Shown: positions 25,303-35,611, numbered from the stretch's first letter. The stretch is DNA of 40,810 nucleotides from a virus (IMGVR_UViG_3300043672_000020:1-40810); one strand, 5' to 3'. Numbers and translations are program-made. Notes: a model not told the origin generated them from the sequence alone.

Positions 25303-26397
25303 GTGTGGGCAACGACACCGGCCTTCTCGGCCGCCCTCCTGGAATCGTCGCGCCAGTGGGCGACCCGGATGGAGGTCCTGTACTCCAACGAGATCGTCAT
25401 GTCGCTGAATACGATGGTCTCTGGATATGTCGGGATCGACGATGTCGCTGTCCGCCGTGAATTGCACGCCTCGTTCGTTGACGCGGATGGCGTGCTGACC
25501 CCGGTCCAGGCTACCGATCTGCTGACTCCGAAAGGTACGGAAGTACGTGTCTACCGGGGGCTTTGGGTAGGAACGGATTACGAATGGGTTCCGATGGGGG
25601 TTTTCGGCGTGGTGGAGCCTGAAGTGCGGGCACACAGCGACGGCACGATCGTGGAATTGAAGGGTTTCGACCGGGTAGACAAGTTGCGGGCACTGGAATT
25701 CACCGACCCGTGGGTCGTTCCTGACGGCACGAACTTCGCCACGGCGATCGGCGACATCGTTACGTCCCGGATGGCCGGTGTCCCCGTACGGCTCACGCCG
25801 ACGGCGTACACGACCCCGGCCATTACGTTCGACCGGTTGACGTCACCATGGGAAGCGATCAAAAGCCTGGTCGCATCCTCTGGACTCATCGCCTATTTCG
25901 ATCAACTGGGCACCTTCGTGGTTGAACCGGCGGCTGGCGTGCAGACCGGCGTCACCTACGGCGTCGGCGAACGCTCGCTGCTGATGACCAGCAGGCGGCA
26001 GTTTCTGCCTACCGACAAGGTGTATTCGGGGGTCATCGTCCGTGGCGAGCACCCGGACAAGACGCCGGTCCGAGTGGAGAAGTGGGACGTCGATCCGCGC
26101 TCTCCCACGTACTCCGACGGGCCTTTCGGGCGGCGTCCGTACGGAATCTACAGCCAGGTCGTCATCACCACACCTCAGGCTCAGGCGCTCGCCGATGAAG
26201 CGTTCCTCCGGGTGACGAAAATGAAGCAGGAGTGCGAGATCACCACTCGTGGACATCCCGGCCATGACGTCGGCGACATCATCACCGTGGTCGACCCGCG
26301 CTCGCGCACCAACGGGGACTATCAGGTCCGGACGGCGACCATCCCGTTGAAGAACGAGCAGGGTGCCCACACTCGCTTGCGCTGCAAGGAGGTTTAG
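25303..26397 (+). CDS. minor tail / baseplate hub protein
   Basis: LLTPKGTEVRVYRG...EWVPMGVF, D.DPRSPTY..GPFGRRP motifs of actinophage minor tail proteins. Confidence 0.82.
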   Translation: MWATTPAFSAALLESSRQWATRMEVLYSNEIVMSLNTMVSGYVGIDDVAVRRELHASFVDADGVLTPVQATDLLTPKGTEVRVYRGLWVGTDYEWVPMGVFGVVEPEVRAHSDGTIVELKGFDRVDKLRALEFTDPWVVPDGTNFATAIGDIVTSRMAGVPVRLTPTAYTTPAITFDRLTSPWEAIKSLVASSGLIAYFDQLGTFVVEPAAGVQTGVTYGVGERSLLMTSRRQFLPTDKVYSGVIVRGEHPDKTPVRVEKWDVDPRSPTYSDGPFGRRPYGIYSQVVITTPQAQALADEAFLRVTKMKQECEITTRGHPGHDVGDIITVVDPRSRTNGDYQVRTATIPLKNEQGAHTRLRCKEV

Positions 26398-26500
26398 CCT
26401 TCACCGGACTCGGTAGGCCCTCCTTACGTAGCACTGCAAGCAGGGGGTCCACCGCAACGCTAACGTAGTGTCGAGGGCATCACTAACGTAGGGAAACAGC

Positions 26501-27235
26501 GTGGAACGTGTAACGGACATCGCCAACCTCGCCGATCAGATGACGAGCGGCGGCCCCGTCGCCACGCTACGCATCGCCATCATCACCGCAGTGCAGGCGA
26601 GCGTGGGACGCAGAGTGCAGACCAACGCTACGGACACTGCGTGGATCCCCCGCTCCGAGGACACAACGTTAGCGGTCGGCGATCGAGTGTGGCTGCTCCA
26701 ACAGGGCGCCACGTTCGTTGTGGGCGGCCGACTCTCGGGTGAGCCGGGGGCCGTACCGCTGGGTGCGGTGATGCCGTTCGCGGGAGCCACGGCACCGGAC
26801 GGCTGGCTGGCGTGCGACGGGGCGGCAGTGTCCAGGACCACGTACGCCGGTCTGTTCGCGGTGATGGGCACCGGTTACGGTGTCGGCGACGGGAGCACCA
26901 CGTTCAACCTCCCGGACCTGCGGGAGCGGGTGCCGGTCGGCACGGGACCTGGCCGGGCCCGTGCCGCCACCGGCGGGGCTGCCACGGTAACGCTGTCCAC
27001 GGCGAATCTTCCGGCTCACGATCACAGTTCGGCCGGTAACCACGCTCACGGCCTGAGTAACATCGGTGGGGTGTTCGTGACCGCTGGCGGTGCGGTGGCG
27101 GCCCTGGCCAGCACGGCGGCCACCTGGGTCACCGATGCCGGTGGCACGCACACCCACTCCTCGGTGGGATCCGGTACGGCACATGAGAATATGATGCCCT
27201 TCCAGGTTTTGCTTTACTGCGTGCGCGCACTGTGA
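26501..27235 (+). CDS. tail fibre protein with phage tail collar domain
   Basis: PLGAVMPFAGATAPDGWLACDGAAVSRTTYAGLF...GDGSTTFNLPDLR, HxH motifs and HENMMPF ending. Confidence 0.9.
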   Translation: MERVTDIANLADQMTSGGPVATLRIAIITAVQASVGRRVQTNATDTAWIPRSEDTTLAVGDRVWLLQQGATFVVGGRLSGEPGAVPLGAVMPFAGATAPDGWLACDGAAVSRTTYAGLFAVMGTGYGVGDGSTTFNLPDLRERVPVGTGPGRARAATGGAATVTLSTANLPAHDHSSAGNHAHGLSNIGGVFVTAGGAVAALASTAATWVTDAGGTHTHSSVGSGTAHENMMPFQVLLYCVRAL

Positions 27236-27657
27236 CGAAGTTCCGGCGGCGGCTGCCGTCCATGGTCGGGCAGAACCCTCTGGAGATCGGTCTGGCCGTA
27301 TGGTCTGTCGCGGCGATCATCAACGCGATAACAGGTTCGGCACCGTCCGGCGCCCTGCGAGCGCTCCCCGATATGCTGGAGACCGTCTGGGTGATCCTGA
27401 TGGGGATCGCCGCCATCACCGTAGCCATCGGCCTGGTCGTCAACAGATTCGCCGTCATCGCCAGTGGAATGTATTTGTTCGCAACGATCCTCGTGGCTTA
27501 CTCCATTGCTATTGTGAGTGCCAGTGGCTGGCAGCGCGGGGGCGCTATCGCCGGGTTCCTCGGCATCATCGGCATCGTCTGCTTCCTTCGTGGATGGTGG
27601 CTCAAGGAGCAGGAAGCCGCGCTGATCAAGGAGATCGAGCGCAAGGATGCCCCATGA
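27232..27657 (+). CDS. membrane protein (about 4 TM), lysis-cassette associated
   Basis: Four hydrophobic stretches; coupled to neighbours upstream of the endolysin. Confidence 0.75.
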   Translation: MTKFRRRLPSMVGQNPLEIGLAVWSVAAIINAITGSAPSGALRALPDMLETVWVILMGIAAITVAIGLVVNRFAVIASGMYLFATILVAYSIAIVSASGWQRGGAIAGFLGIIGIVCFLRGWWLKEQEAALIKEIERKDAP

Positions 27658-28085
27658 GCCCCACCTCAGATCCTGTGATCGTCGGAATCTTGGCCCTCCT
27701 GTCATCAGGTGGGGCCAAGATTCTTTATGACGCCGGTAAGCAGTGGCGTGCCGCTCCACCTCGTGCGGTCCGCTCGCAGGCGGTCGTGGATGCGAATATC
27801 GCCACGGTCGCGCGAGCCCGGGACGAGTTGGAGGAGGATAACGTCCGGCTTCGTGCGATGCTGGTGGAGGCGAATGCCCAGCGAGCGGAGGCGGAACGGT
27901 TGCATACCGAGGAGCGCACCCGCTGGCTGTTCGACCAGGCCAGGCTGCGCAGCGACGTGGAACGGCTGGAGTCGCGGCTGCGCACGGAGCAGGCCGAGGC
28001 CGCCGCCCGTTATGATGCGCTCCTGGAGCAGGTGCACCAGTTGCGCCTGCGAGCCAACACCCAAGGGAATCCTGATGGTCACTAA
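27654..28085 (+). CDS. membrane-anchored coiled-coil protein, lysis-cassette associated
   Basis: ATGA overlap; N-terminal hydrophobic segment (VIVGILALLSSGG) then heptad-rich helix; 3' part of track ORF 27300..28085. Confidence 0.72.
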   Translation: MSPTSDPVIVGILALLSSGGAKILYDAGKQWRAAPPRAVRSQAVVDANIATVARARDELEEDNVRLRAMLVEANAQRAEAERLHTEERTRWLFDQARLRSDVERLESRLRTEQAEAAARYDALLEQVHQLRLRANTQGNPDGH

Positions 28086-29016
28086 GTACCCAGCCGCCCA
28101 CTGGCGCCCGCTGGCTCCGACGCAGGGCCAGGGCAGGATGGCGTCCCACGACCTGATCATTCTGCACACGGCAGTGGGCTACCTCTCCAGTACTGATGTG
28201 ATGTTCAAGCGGAACGGCTGGACCGGAACCGAATCCCATTTCGGCGTCGGCGGCATCTGGGGCGGCGACAGGGCGGCCGGGCTGGATGGTGTGGTCTACC
28301 AGTGGCAGGACACCGAATTCCGCGCGGACGCCAACCTGGACGCCAACCCACGGGCCCTGTCGATCGAGACCGCCGACAACGCTCCGCAGGCGGCGCGGGA
28401 CATCGCGGCCTGGACACCGAAACAGGTCGACGCCATCGTGAAACTGGTGGCCTGGTGCTGCCAGACCTACGGCATTCCACCGATCCTGATCCCGGATTCG
28501 AAGCCGGGCCGACGTGGAATCGGTTACCACCGGCAGGGAATCAGCCCCTGGAAGGTTTCCGGCGGCGAAACCTGGTCCACGTCACCGGGTAAGGAATGCC
28601 CCGGCGACCGGCGGATCGAGCAGATCAAAACCCTTGTGGTGCCCCGTGTCCAGGCACTGCTGAACCCGAAACCTGTCCCAGTGGAGGACATTGTGGCAAC
28701 GAAAGCCGAACTGGAAGCGCTGTTCGTCAACCTGTTCAAGAAGACCCCACTCGTGCCGAACAAGGTCCTGGATGCCGGGGCCGTGCAGGGCGCGGACTGG
28801 ACCCTGGCCGGGGTGCTCGCTGCCGCCGACCAGAAACTGGACCTGACCCGGCGCGAGCAGATGGCGCAGTCCCAGGTCCAGCAGGGGCAGTCGGAAGCCC
28901 TGTCGACCCTGATCGCGTCCCTGTCCGGCAAGGCGTCCGCCGCCGACGTCCGGCGATTGGAACTGAAGGTCGACACCCTGATCGCCCTGCTGACGCCGAA
29001 ACCACCGGCCACCTGA
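28075..29016 (+). CDS. endolysin, N-acetylmuramoyl-L-alanine amidase (Amidase_2 type)
   Basis: IILHTAVG, SHFGV, SIETAD, GIGYHR, KECPG zinc-amidase motifs; start moved to ATG 28075. Confidence 0.9.
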   Translation: MVTKYPAAHWRPLAPTQGQGRMASHDLIILHTAVGYLSSTDVMFKRNGWTGTESHFGVGGIWGGDRAAGLDGVVYQWQDTEFRADANLDANPRALSIETADNAPQAARDIAAWTPKQVDAIVKLVAWCCQTYGIPPILIPDSKPGRRGIGYHRQGISPWKVSGGETWSTSPGKECPGDRRIEQIKTLVVPRVQALLNPKPVPVEDIVATKAELEALFVNLFKKTPLVPNKVLDAGAVQGADWTLAGVLAAADQKLDLTRREQMAQSQVQQGQSEALSTLIASLSGKASAADVRRLELKVDTLIALLTPKPPAT

Positions 29017-29072
29017 ACCCCCGCTCGGGGCGCCCCGGGCGGGTCCGCATAACCCTAAGGAGAAGCATCCTC

Positions 29073-29402
29073 ATGAGGATCTTCGGACGCGAACCAACGG
29101 TAGTCATCCAGACACTGGCAACGCTGCTGTCGTTGCTGGTCGCCTTCGGCTTCGACGGCCTGTCCGCCGAGCAGGCGGCGCTGATCATCGCCGCCATCTA
29201 CGCTGGGCTGGGTGCTCTCAACGCGCTCGCGGTCCGGCCGATCGCCCCGGCGGCGTTCATCGGTGCCGTCGGTGCCGTGGCGGCGCTCGCGGCCTCGTAC
29301 GGGCTGGACTTCACTCAGGAGCAGGTCGGGTCCGTTTCCGCCGCCCTCGTCTCCGTCATCGTGCTGCTGACCAGGTCGCAGGTCACCCCGACCAAAGCCT
29401 AG
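29073..29402 (+). CDS. holin
   Basis: MRIFGREP...RSQVTP internally duplicated hydrophobic protein typical of actinophage holins; AAGGAG RBS; follows endolysin. Confidence 0.8.
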   Translation: MRIFGREPTVVIQTLATLLSLLVAFGFDGLSAEQAALIIAAIYAGLGALNALAVRPIAPAAFIGAVGAVAALAASYGLDFTQEQVGSVSAALVSVIVLLTRSQVTPTKA

Positions 29403-29418
29403 TCACCCACCACGCCAG

Positions 29419-29449
29419 AGCCCGGCCAGGTCTTCGGACCGGCCGGGCT
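29419..29449 (+). terminator. hairpin ending the late operon
   Basis: AGCCCGGCC-A-GGTC [TTCG] GACC-GGCCGGGCT: 13 bp with one bulge and a cUUCGg loop; weak U tract. Confidence 0.7.
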
Positions 29450-29455
29450 GCTGCG

Positions 29456-29485
29456 TTGTCAAGTACTTGTCATCTCTGTTATGCT
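29456..29485 (+). promoter_or_regulatory. promoter of the conjugation-like operon with palindromic operator variant
   Basis: TTGTCA (29456-61)-N18-TATGCT (29480-85) with TGn extension; 29456-29473 TTGTCAAGTACTTGTCAT; GGGAGG RBS before ATG 29515. Confidence 0.7.
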
Positions 29486-29514
29486 GTTAACAGACTAACA
29501 ACGGGAGGAAAATC

Positions 29515-29790
29515 ATGAAGTTGCTCATCGCCGCACAGCCCACCATCGACCTGGAGTCGGGGGTGACCTGGATCAAGGGATTCCTGCTGCTCCTGGTCAT
29601 GTGCGCCCTGGTCTACCTGGCCCTGAAGGGCCTGCTCCGGCACGGCCAGAACGGTGACTACTCCAGTGCGATCTCCATGGTCGGCGCCAGCATGATCTGC
29701 CTGGTCCTGGTGGCCATGGCGGGCGGGGTGGCCGTCTTCACCGGCTACGGCAGCGCGGTCCTCGGGGCGATCACCAAGATCCTGTCGTGA
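29515..29790 (+). CDS. small 2-TM protein, pilin/VirB2-like (TcpD-like) by size and position
   Basis: 91 aa, two long hydrophobic helices; first gene of the operon containing the VirB4-like ATPase. Confidence 0.55.
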   Translation: MKLLIAAQPTIDLESGVTWIKGFLLLLVMCALVYLALKGLLRHGQNGDYSSAISMVGASMICLVLVAMAGGVAVFTGYGSAVLGAITKILS

Positions 29791-30479
29791 AGCAGATCGC
29801 CGACGACCCTGGACGGCAGATCCGCAGCCCATACCTCGGGCCGGTGAACATGCGCTTCCCCTTCGACTGGACCCTGTCCGAGATGGGACTGGCGTTCATC
29901 GTGCTGCTGTTCGGCACGGGCCTGCTGGTGTTCGTCATCCCCGCCGGGCTCGCCATCGGACTGGTGGCGCATCGCACCGCCCAGGCCGTCAGCCGGGCGA
30001 TCAACCGGGACCAGCCCCGGACCAACTACCGGATCTTCGTGGGGGCCGTGGCCGTCCTGTGTCTGCTGATCTCGTTCAACCCGATGACCTGGATCAGCCC
30101 CCTGCCCTTCCCGTTCGCCGTCCTGGCCGGGCTCGCACTGCCGATCTACGTGGTCCGCCGCAAGGGCAACTACCTGGACTGGAACCGGCCGTTCGGTTAC
30201 TGGCTGCGCCTGCCGCGTCTGGTGGCCCGTGGGCCGCGCGAACAGGCGGAGGAGGAGATGAACACCGGCCCGCTGATGCTGGGCATGGACCTGGCCGCTG
30301 CTGACCGCTCACGGGGCCTGGAGCCCGTGCTGGTCATCACTTCGGCACCCAAGGGCGGTAAGAGCCCGGTCAAACGGGCGACGCCGGTCCGGCATCAGGC
30401 CCGGCACAAGTTGATCGAGCGCACCGAGAAGGGCTTCCGCGTCGGAGCCACCGAATACCGAGTGGAGTGGACGTTCTGA
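29787..30479 (+). CDS. membrane protein, VirB3/TcpE-like by position
   Basis: YLGP...RFPF N-terminus then multiple TM segments; directly upstream of and coupled to the ATPase. Confidence 0.55.
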   Translation: MKQIADDPGRQIRSPYLGPVNMRFPFDWTLSEMGLAFIVLLFGTGLLVFVIPAGLAIGLVAHRTAQAVSRAINRDQPRTNYRIFVGAVAVLCLLISFNPMTWISPLPFPFAVLAGLALPIYVVRRKGNYLDWNRPFGYWLRLPRLVARGPREQAEEEMNTGPLMLGMDLAAADRSRGLEPVLVITSAPKGGKSPVKRATPVRHQARHKLIERTEKGFRVGATEYRVEWTF

Positions 30480-33145
30480 TGACCAGGAAAAACACCGTGC
30501 GCCCACTGGCTCCCGCAGCGAAATCCATCGTGCGCAATTTTCTCCCGCTGAAGGACGGCACCATCTGGGTCGGCTACCGGCTCGGTCCGGCCCGCTGGGA
30601 CTTCACCGGAGCGGACCCGAAGACGTCCCGGATGAGCCAGGACGCGGACGTTTTCAGCCACCTGACCGGCCGGTTCTACCATGAGCGCGTCTCCACCCGG
30701 CCGCACCCGGTGCAGGCATGGGCGCGGCAACTGGACGCCCGCACACCGCACCCGACACCCGACTTGCACACCTGTGACCTGCTGATGAGCAAGGGTGATC
30801 TACTGCGCGGCCGGTGCGGTTGCGAGACCTGGAACAGTCACCTGGTCCGCCAGCAAGTGGCCATCGCCCATTCCGGGATGGACGACAAGGTCATCTTCCG
30901 GTACTTCACCCTGAACGCCAGCGTGCCCGGCCGGTTCGACCTGCGCAGGCACCTGCTCGCTTACCTGGCCGGGGAGAAGCCGCACTCCACATTGCTTCCC
31001 GTTCTGGAGGAGGAGAAACGGGTCAATGACATCGTCAAGGGGTGGCCGGGCACGCAGCGGATGAACGAATTCGAGCAGGGCTGGCTGCGGGTGCGCTCGC
31101 TGGCGCCCGGAACGCAGCCGGGTGGCATCCAGGTCACCGGCCGGGACGGCTGGGACGAACTGGCCATCCCCGCACTGGAGAACGACACCCGCTGGGTGGA
31201 GACACCGTTCGGCCGGACCGTCACCGTCCGGACGTGGGCGGACGGAAAGCAGGCCACGACTGCCGCCCGGGTGCTGACCGTGGCCCGGCTGGGCGACCTG
31301 CACTACCCGGAGAACGGACTGCCACCGTGGCAGGTGCACGCCGAGTCGGCGGTCGACGCGAGCGGGCACCCGTTCCCGGTGGAATGGAGCATCGTCGGGC
31401 GGCTGCGCTCCGGCGGGGAAATGACCAGTGAAGTGGAACTGGACCTGCGGAAGGCGCAGTACATCGACCGCGACTACCGCAAGCACAGGGAGACGCCGCC
31501 GTCGGCCATCGCGCACGGCATCGCGGTCGCACTGCACACCCGTGACCAGGTCACCACCGGCCAGGCTACTTATGCGGCGCGGTTCCAGGGCCAGGTCAAC
31601 GTGATCATCACCGGCCGGGATCGCTACAACAGCGACGGGATCATGGTCCTGTCGGCGGCCGACGTCGTGGAGGAGCGTTGCGCCTCGTTCGCCCGGATGT
31701 ACTCCGCCGGTGGCCTGCGGATGGACTTCACCGGGGCGGACTGCCAGTCCTACATGCTCCAGTCCACCATCCCCGGTGAACCTTTCGACCGGGTCGGCTA
31801 CCAGCGGCGGCTGTCCCTGCCGTACCTGACGTCCGGGATGCCGAACGTCACCGCGAGCGTCGGCGACGGGCGCGGCCCCTACCTCGGGCATACCCGTGGC
31901 GCCAGCCGCCGCCCGGTCATGCACGACCCTCACTACGCCACGGAAGGGCTGAAGACCGGCCGGGCGCAGAACATGCACGTGATTATCTCCACACTCGGCG
32001 GTGGTAAGTCCGTGCTCATCGGCTCCATCGCCTACGGCCTGGTCCGCCGGGGCGTCACCACGATCATCAACGACCCGTCCGGTCCACTGGCCGGGCTCTG
32101 CCGCATGCCCGAAATCGCTGCCGTGTCACAGGAAGTGAACCTGCTCAACGGTCGCAAGGGCATCCTGTCCCCGCCCGGTCTGATCGCCAACCCGCACAAG
32201 GACGATTACCCGGAACCGGGTGACTGGTCCGACGCGATCGAGCAGGCCCGCTCGGAACGACGTGACCTGGTGGTGGACATGGCCCTGCAATGCCTACCGG
32301 AAGATCTGGTGGCCGAGCACGGCCCGAACGCCGAGCAGACCCGCCGGGTCCTGCGGCAGGCCGCCCGCCGATACAGCGAGCGCTCCCGCTGGGAGATGTC
32401 CTCCAGCCTGTGGGATCTGGTGGAGAGTCTGCTCAGCCTGGACAGCGAGCACGCGGACGCGGTCGCGGGCGCTCTGGTGGATGCCAGCACCGCCCCGTTG
32501 CTGCGGCTGCTGTTCCCCCCGCGCGGGGCCACGGTAGAGCCCGGCCAGTACAGCAAGACCCTCACGGTCATCACCACGCCGGGCATCGTCCGGGCCGTGG
32601 ACGGCACGCCCCGCCGTGACTGGAACCCGATGGAGATCGGCGCGGACGCCGTGCTGCGGCTGACGACGCTCTACACGAACCGGCTGATCTACAGCAAGCC
32701 ACGCGAGCAGCGGGCGGCGGTGTTCTTCGACGAAGCGGAGTCCATGACGGACTTCGGTCCAGGCCGGTCCATGCTGTCCCGGCTCGGCCGTGACCACTCC
32801 AAGTGGAACCTGGCCGTTTATCTGGCCGTGAAAAGCATCAACCCGCAGATGCTTTCGGGTGAACTGAAGAACTTCATCGCTTCCGTGTTCGTGGGCCGGA
32901 TGGCTTCGCGGGAACCGGCGCTGGAGGCTCTGCACATGCTCGGCCTGACTGATGAGCGGTACATCGACGTGCTGCTGAATCTGTCCACCCACGTGCCCGG
33001 CGAATGGGTCCACCGTGACGTGGACGGCAACGTCGGCGGCATGCGTGTGGACGTCGACTACCACCCGGTCCTGAAGGCCGCGCTGCTGACCGACCCGACA
33101 CCCGAAGGTTCATCCGACTGGGCCCTGAACGAGGAGATGCTGTGA
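30479..33145 (+). CDS. virB4: VirB4/TcpF/ConE-family conjugative ATPase
   Basis: ~888 aa; C-terminal P-loop ISTLGGGKS, INDPSG, Walker B AVFFDEAE, GRDHSKWN, FVGRM, and terminal GEWVHRDVDGNVGGMRVD. Confidence 0.82.
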   Translation: MTRKNTVRPLAPAAKSIVRNFLPLKDGTIWVGYRLGPARWDFTGADPKTSRMSQDADVFSHLTGRFYHERVSTRPHPVQAWARQLDARTPHPTPDLHTCDLLMSKGDLLRGRCGCETWNSHLVRQQVAIAHSGMDDKVIFRYFTLNASVPGRFDLRRHLLAYLAGEKPHSTLLPVLEEEKRVNDIVKGWPGTQRMNEFEQGWLRVRSLAPGTQPGGIQVTGRDGWDELAIPALENDTRWVETPFGRTVTVRTWADGKQATTAARVLTVARLGDLHYPENGLPPWQVHAESAVDASGHPFPVEWSIVGRLRSGGEMTSEVELDLRKAQYIDRDYRKHRETPPSAIAHGIAVALHTRDQVTTGQATYAARFQGQVNVIITGRDRYNSDGIMVLSAADVVEERCASFARMYSAGGLRMDFTGADCQSYMLQSTIPGEPFDRVGYQRRLSLPYLTSGMPNVTASVGDGRGPYLGHTRGASRRPVMHDPHYATEGLKTGRAQNMHVIISTLGGGKSVLIGSIAYGLVRRGVTTIINDPSGPLAGLCRMPEIAAVSQEVNLLNGRKGILSPPGLIANPHKDDYPEPGDWSDAIEQARSERRDLVVDMALQCLPEDLVAEHGPNAEQTRRVLRQAARRYSERSRWEMSSSLWDLVESLLSLDSEHADAVAGALVDASTAPLLRLLFPPRGATVEPGQYSKTLTVITTPGIVRAVDGTPRRDWNPMEIGADAVLRLTTLYTNRLIYSKPREQRAAVFFDEAESMTDFGPGRSMLSRLGRDHSKWNLAVYLAVKSINPQMLSGELKNFIASVFVGRMASREPALEALHMLGLTDERYIDVLLNLSTHVPGEWVHRDVDGNVGGMRVDVDYHPVLKAALLTDPTPEGSSDWALNEEML

Positions 33146-34965
33146 GTAAACCCGAGTTCGGCAGGATCAAACACCCGGTGTTCGCCCGTCACGAGAGCAC
33201 GAAAAGCCGGTCGCGGCGCAGGAATTCGATACTGCGGTGGACGTTCGTCTTCTGGCTGGCGGTTCTGGTGGTGTGGCTGTGCGTGGCCAGCGCCCCGAAC
33301 GCGCACGCCGCTGACGCCGGGATCGACCTGCCGGGGATCGAGGTCTGCCCGAAGGAGGCACCGTTCGCGGCCACGCCGGAGACGGGCCTGGCCGGGCTCC
33401 TGGGTGAGCGGCCGATCAGGATCACGACGGACAACTCACCCGAGCACATCTGGTCCACGGGTGGTTTCGCTGGGCTGCGCTCGCACACCTACGACCTGGG
33501 ATGCGCCATCGACCCCACGTCATGGATGCGGATCACGAACGCGTCAGCCGACTCGAAGATCGTCAATGGGATCACGGCGTTCGGTGACGGCCTGGTGTCG
33601 CTCACCGATTCGGTGGACCGGCGGGCCTGGCAGGCGGGATGGATCACCTCGTTCCTGGAGGATTTCGCCCGCCGGGCCACGGGCATCATCAACACCACCA
33701 TCGTCATCCCGTTCGTGGGCCTGGGCCTGATCATTGCCTGCATCATCCTGCTGTACCGGGCGCACGACGGTGACATCCATTCCGCCGCGACGAATGTCGG
33801 GTGGGTGTTCGTGGTGGCCACGGTCACCGGGTTCCTGCTGCTGTCACCGCTGTTCGCGTCCAAGGTCGGGCAGGTGGCCGGTGGCACACTGGTGGCGGCG
33901 CTGAACAACGGGGCCAACCCTTCCGACGCCGCGACCAACCAGGTCGTGAAAAACGTTCAGTACCAGGGGTGGCTGCGACGCAACTTCGGCAGCATCAACT
34001 CACCGGCCGGGGTGAAGTACGGACCGGATCTGCTGGCCAGCACCCGCGTCTCCTGGGCCGAACTGGATGCGATCACCGCACTCGCACCCAAGGACCAGGC
34101 GAAAGCACGCAAGGAACTGACCGAGAAGAAAGCCAGGCAGTTCAAGGACATCGCCGCGAAGGTGAAGGACGATGACCCGACGGCCTACCGGTACCTGACG
34201 GGGGAGGAACTCAGTTCCACGGAAACCCTGGTGGAGGTGGCTTTTGATTTCGCGGCCTGCTTCTTCCGGCTGGCCGTGGCCATCCTGATGATCACCTGCC
34301 GGATCACCCTGGTCCTGCTGGCGATCTTCTGGCTGGTGCTGACCCCGCTGATCATCCTGCCGCGCGTCGGGCGTCACTCCGGCCAGGAGATGGGGGTCGG
34401 CCTGTTCAACAACGCTGTCCAGGCGACCGGCTACGTGCTGGCCGCCGCCGTCGGATCCTGGCTGTTCGGGATCTACCTCCAGGCGTGCATGGCCCCGGGC
34501 ATGAGCCTGTGGTGGTCGCTGCTGCTGCTGGTCCTCGGGTCCGGCATCGCCTGGACCGTGATCCGCCCGGACCGGAAGTTCCTGTCCATCGTCAGCCTGG
34601 GCCGGATCAACGGGTACGGCTACATCGGGAGGCTCCTGAAGGGCCTGGCCCTGTCCTACATCGGTGGCCGGGTGGCCGGTGCCGCCGTCGCGAACGCTGT
34701 GGACGACCGGGAGCAGGAAACACCGGAGCGGATGTCCGAGAACGTTCCACCGGAACCGGAAGTCATCTACGCCAACATCTTCAACCCGGAAGATCCGTTC
34801 ATTGTGGACGCGGAAGCCCTGCCATCAGGGATGCCTGCCTACGAGCGCCCCACCGGCCAGCCGGACCCACCACCGGACCGGGCCGAAAGCCCGTACGAGA
34901 ACTGGTGGGAACGAGGCTGGGAACCGTACGAGCCGTCCGACGACACCGAAGGAGCACGCACATGA
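33142..34965 (+). CDS. VirB6/TcpH-like polytopic membrane protein
   Basis: Signal-like N-terminus (AHA), two TM clusters separated by an extracytoplasmic loop (YQGWLRRNFGS), acidic Pro-rich tail; follows VirB4. Confidence 0.7.
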   Translation: MSKPEFGRIKHPVFARHESTKSRSRRRNSILRWTFVFWLAVLVVWLCVASAPNAHAADAGIDLPGIEVCPKEAPFAATPETGLAGLLGERPIRITTDNSPEHIWSTGGFAGLRSHTYDLGCAIDPTSWMRITNASADSKIVNGITAFGDGLVSLTDSVDRRAWQAGWITSFLEDFARRATGIINTTIVIPFVGLGLIIACIILLYRAHDGDIHSAATNVGWVFVVATVTGFLLLSPLFASKVGQVAGGTLVAALNNGANPSDAATNQVVKNVQYQGWLRRNFGSINSPAGVKYGPDLLASTRVSWAELDAITALAPKDQAKARKELTEKKARQFKDIAAKVKDDDPTAYRYLTGEELSSTETLVEVAFDFAACFFRLAVAILMITCRITLVLLAIFWLVLTPLIILPRVGRHSGQEMGVGLFNNAVQATGYVLAAAVGSWLFGIYLQACMAPGMSLWWSLLLLVLGSGIAWTVIRPDRKFLSIVSLGRINGYGYIGRLLKGLALSYIGGRVAGAAVANAVDDREQETPERMSENVPPEPEVIYANIFNPEDPFIVDAEALPSGMPAYERPTGQPDPPPDRAESPYENWWERGWEPYEPSDDTEGART

Positions 34966-35123
34966 TGACCGAGAAGGAAGCCCACGAGGAAGTCCCCTGC
35001 CCTGGGCCGGGATGCACCAGCCGGACCGGAAGCGCCCGTCGGGGCTGCACCATCTGTGCCGGTGACGGCACCATCGAACGCTGGGTGTGGGCCAGCCTGA
35101 TCGCCGGGGAGGTGCTGCTGTGA
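34962..35123 (+). CDS. small zinc-finger protein
   Basis: ATGA overlap and AAGGAG RBS; CPGPGC...CTICAGDG. Confidence 0.65.
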   Translation: MMTEKEAHEEVPCPGPGCTSRTGSARRGCTICAGDGTIERWVWASLIAGEVLL

Positions 35124-35611
35124 TCGCGTGGCTGTTCGACAGCCCACAGCGGCTGAAGACGGTCGCGGCCGGTACCGGCGTGCTGATCGTGATCATGTTC
35201 ATCGCGTTCACCTTCAGCCGGATGCAGCACCTGCCGACCGTCCAGGCGGGTCCGGCGCCGACAGCGGAATCCACCGCCACCGGCCTCCTGCCGCCGTCTC
35301 CCGCCCCGGAGGAGGGCTCACCCCTGCCGGAGTACGGCCCGAGCGCCCCGATCGCCCTGGAGGCCGTCCAGGCATTCCTCCAGGGTGACCACGCCAAGTT
35401 CGCCCGGCTCGGCCAGCCGGAAGCCGTGGAGTCCGTGAACGAGGCGCCACAGCCACCGCCCGGCCAGCAGATCACTGGCGACGTGGAGACTCTGCTGGAC
35501 GGCCCGACCCGGCAGAAGGTGTCCGTGCCGACCACCGACGGGAACCTGGTGCTGGACATGGTCGTCGTGGACGGGGCCTGGAAAGTCATGAGCATCGAGT
35601 ACGACCGGTGA
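35120..35611 (+). CDS. bitopic membrane protein, VirB8/TcpC-like
   Basis: Single TM, Pro-rich linker, compact alpha/beta domain ending MVVVDGAWKVMSI (NTF2-like ending); GTGA overlap. Confidence 0.55.
   Translation: MIAWLFDSPQRLKTVAAGTGVLIVIMFIAFTFSRMQHLPTVQAGPAPTAESTATGLLPPSPAPEEGSPLPEYGPSAPIALEAVQAFLQGDHAKFARLGQPEAVESVNEAPQPPPGQQITGDVETLLDGPTRQKVSVPTTDGNLVLDMVVVDGAWKVMSIEYDR

Noticed and set aside
30479-33145. ATPase as FtsK/TraB translocase, type VII EccC or HerA defence ATPase
   Set aside because: Single C-terminal P-loop with VirB4-like motifs, no N-terminal TM anchor or tandem FtsK domains, and a neighbourhood of membrane proteins plus wall hydrolase; an HMM check is still needed.
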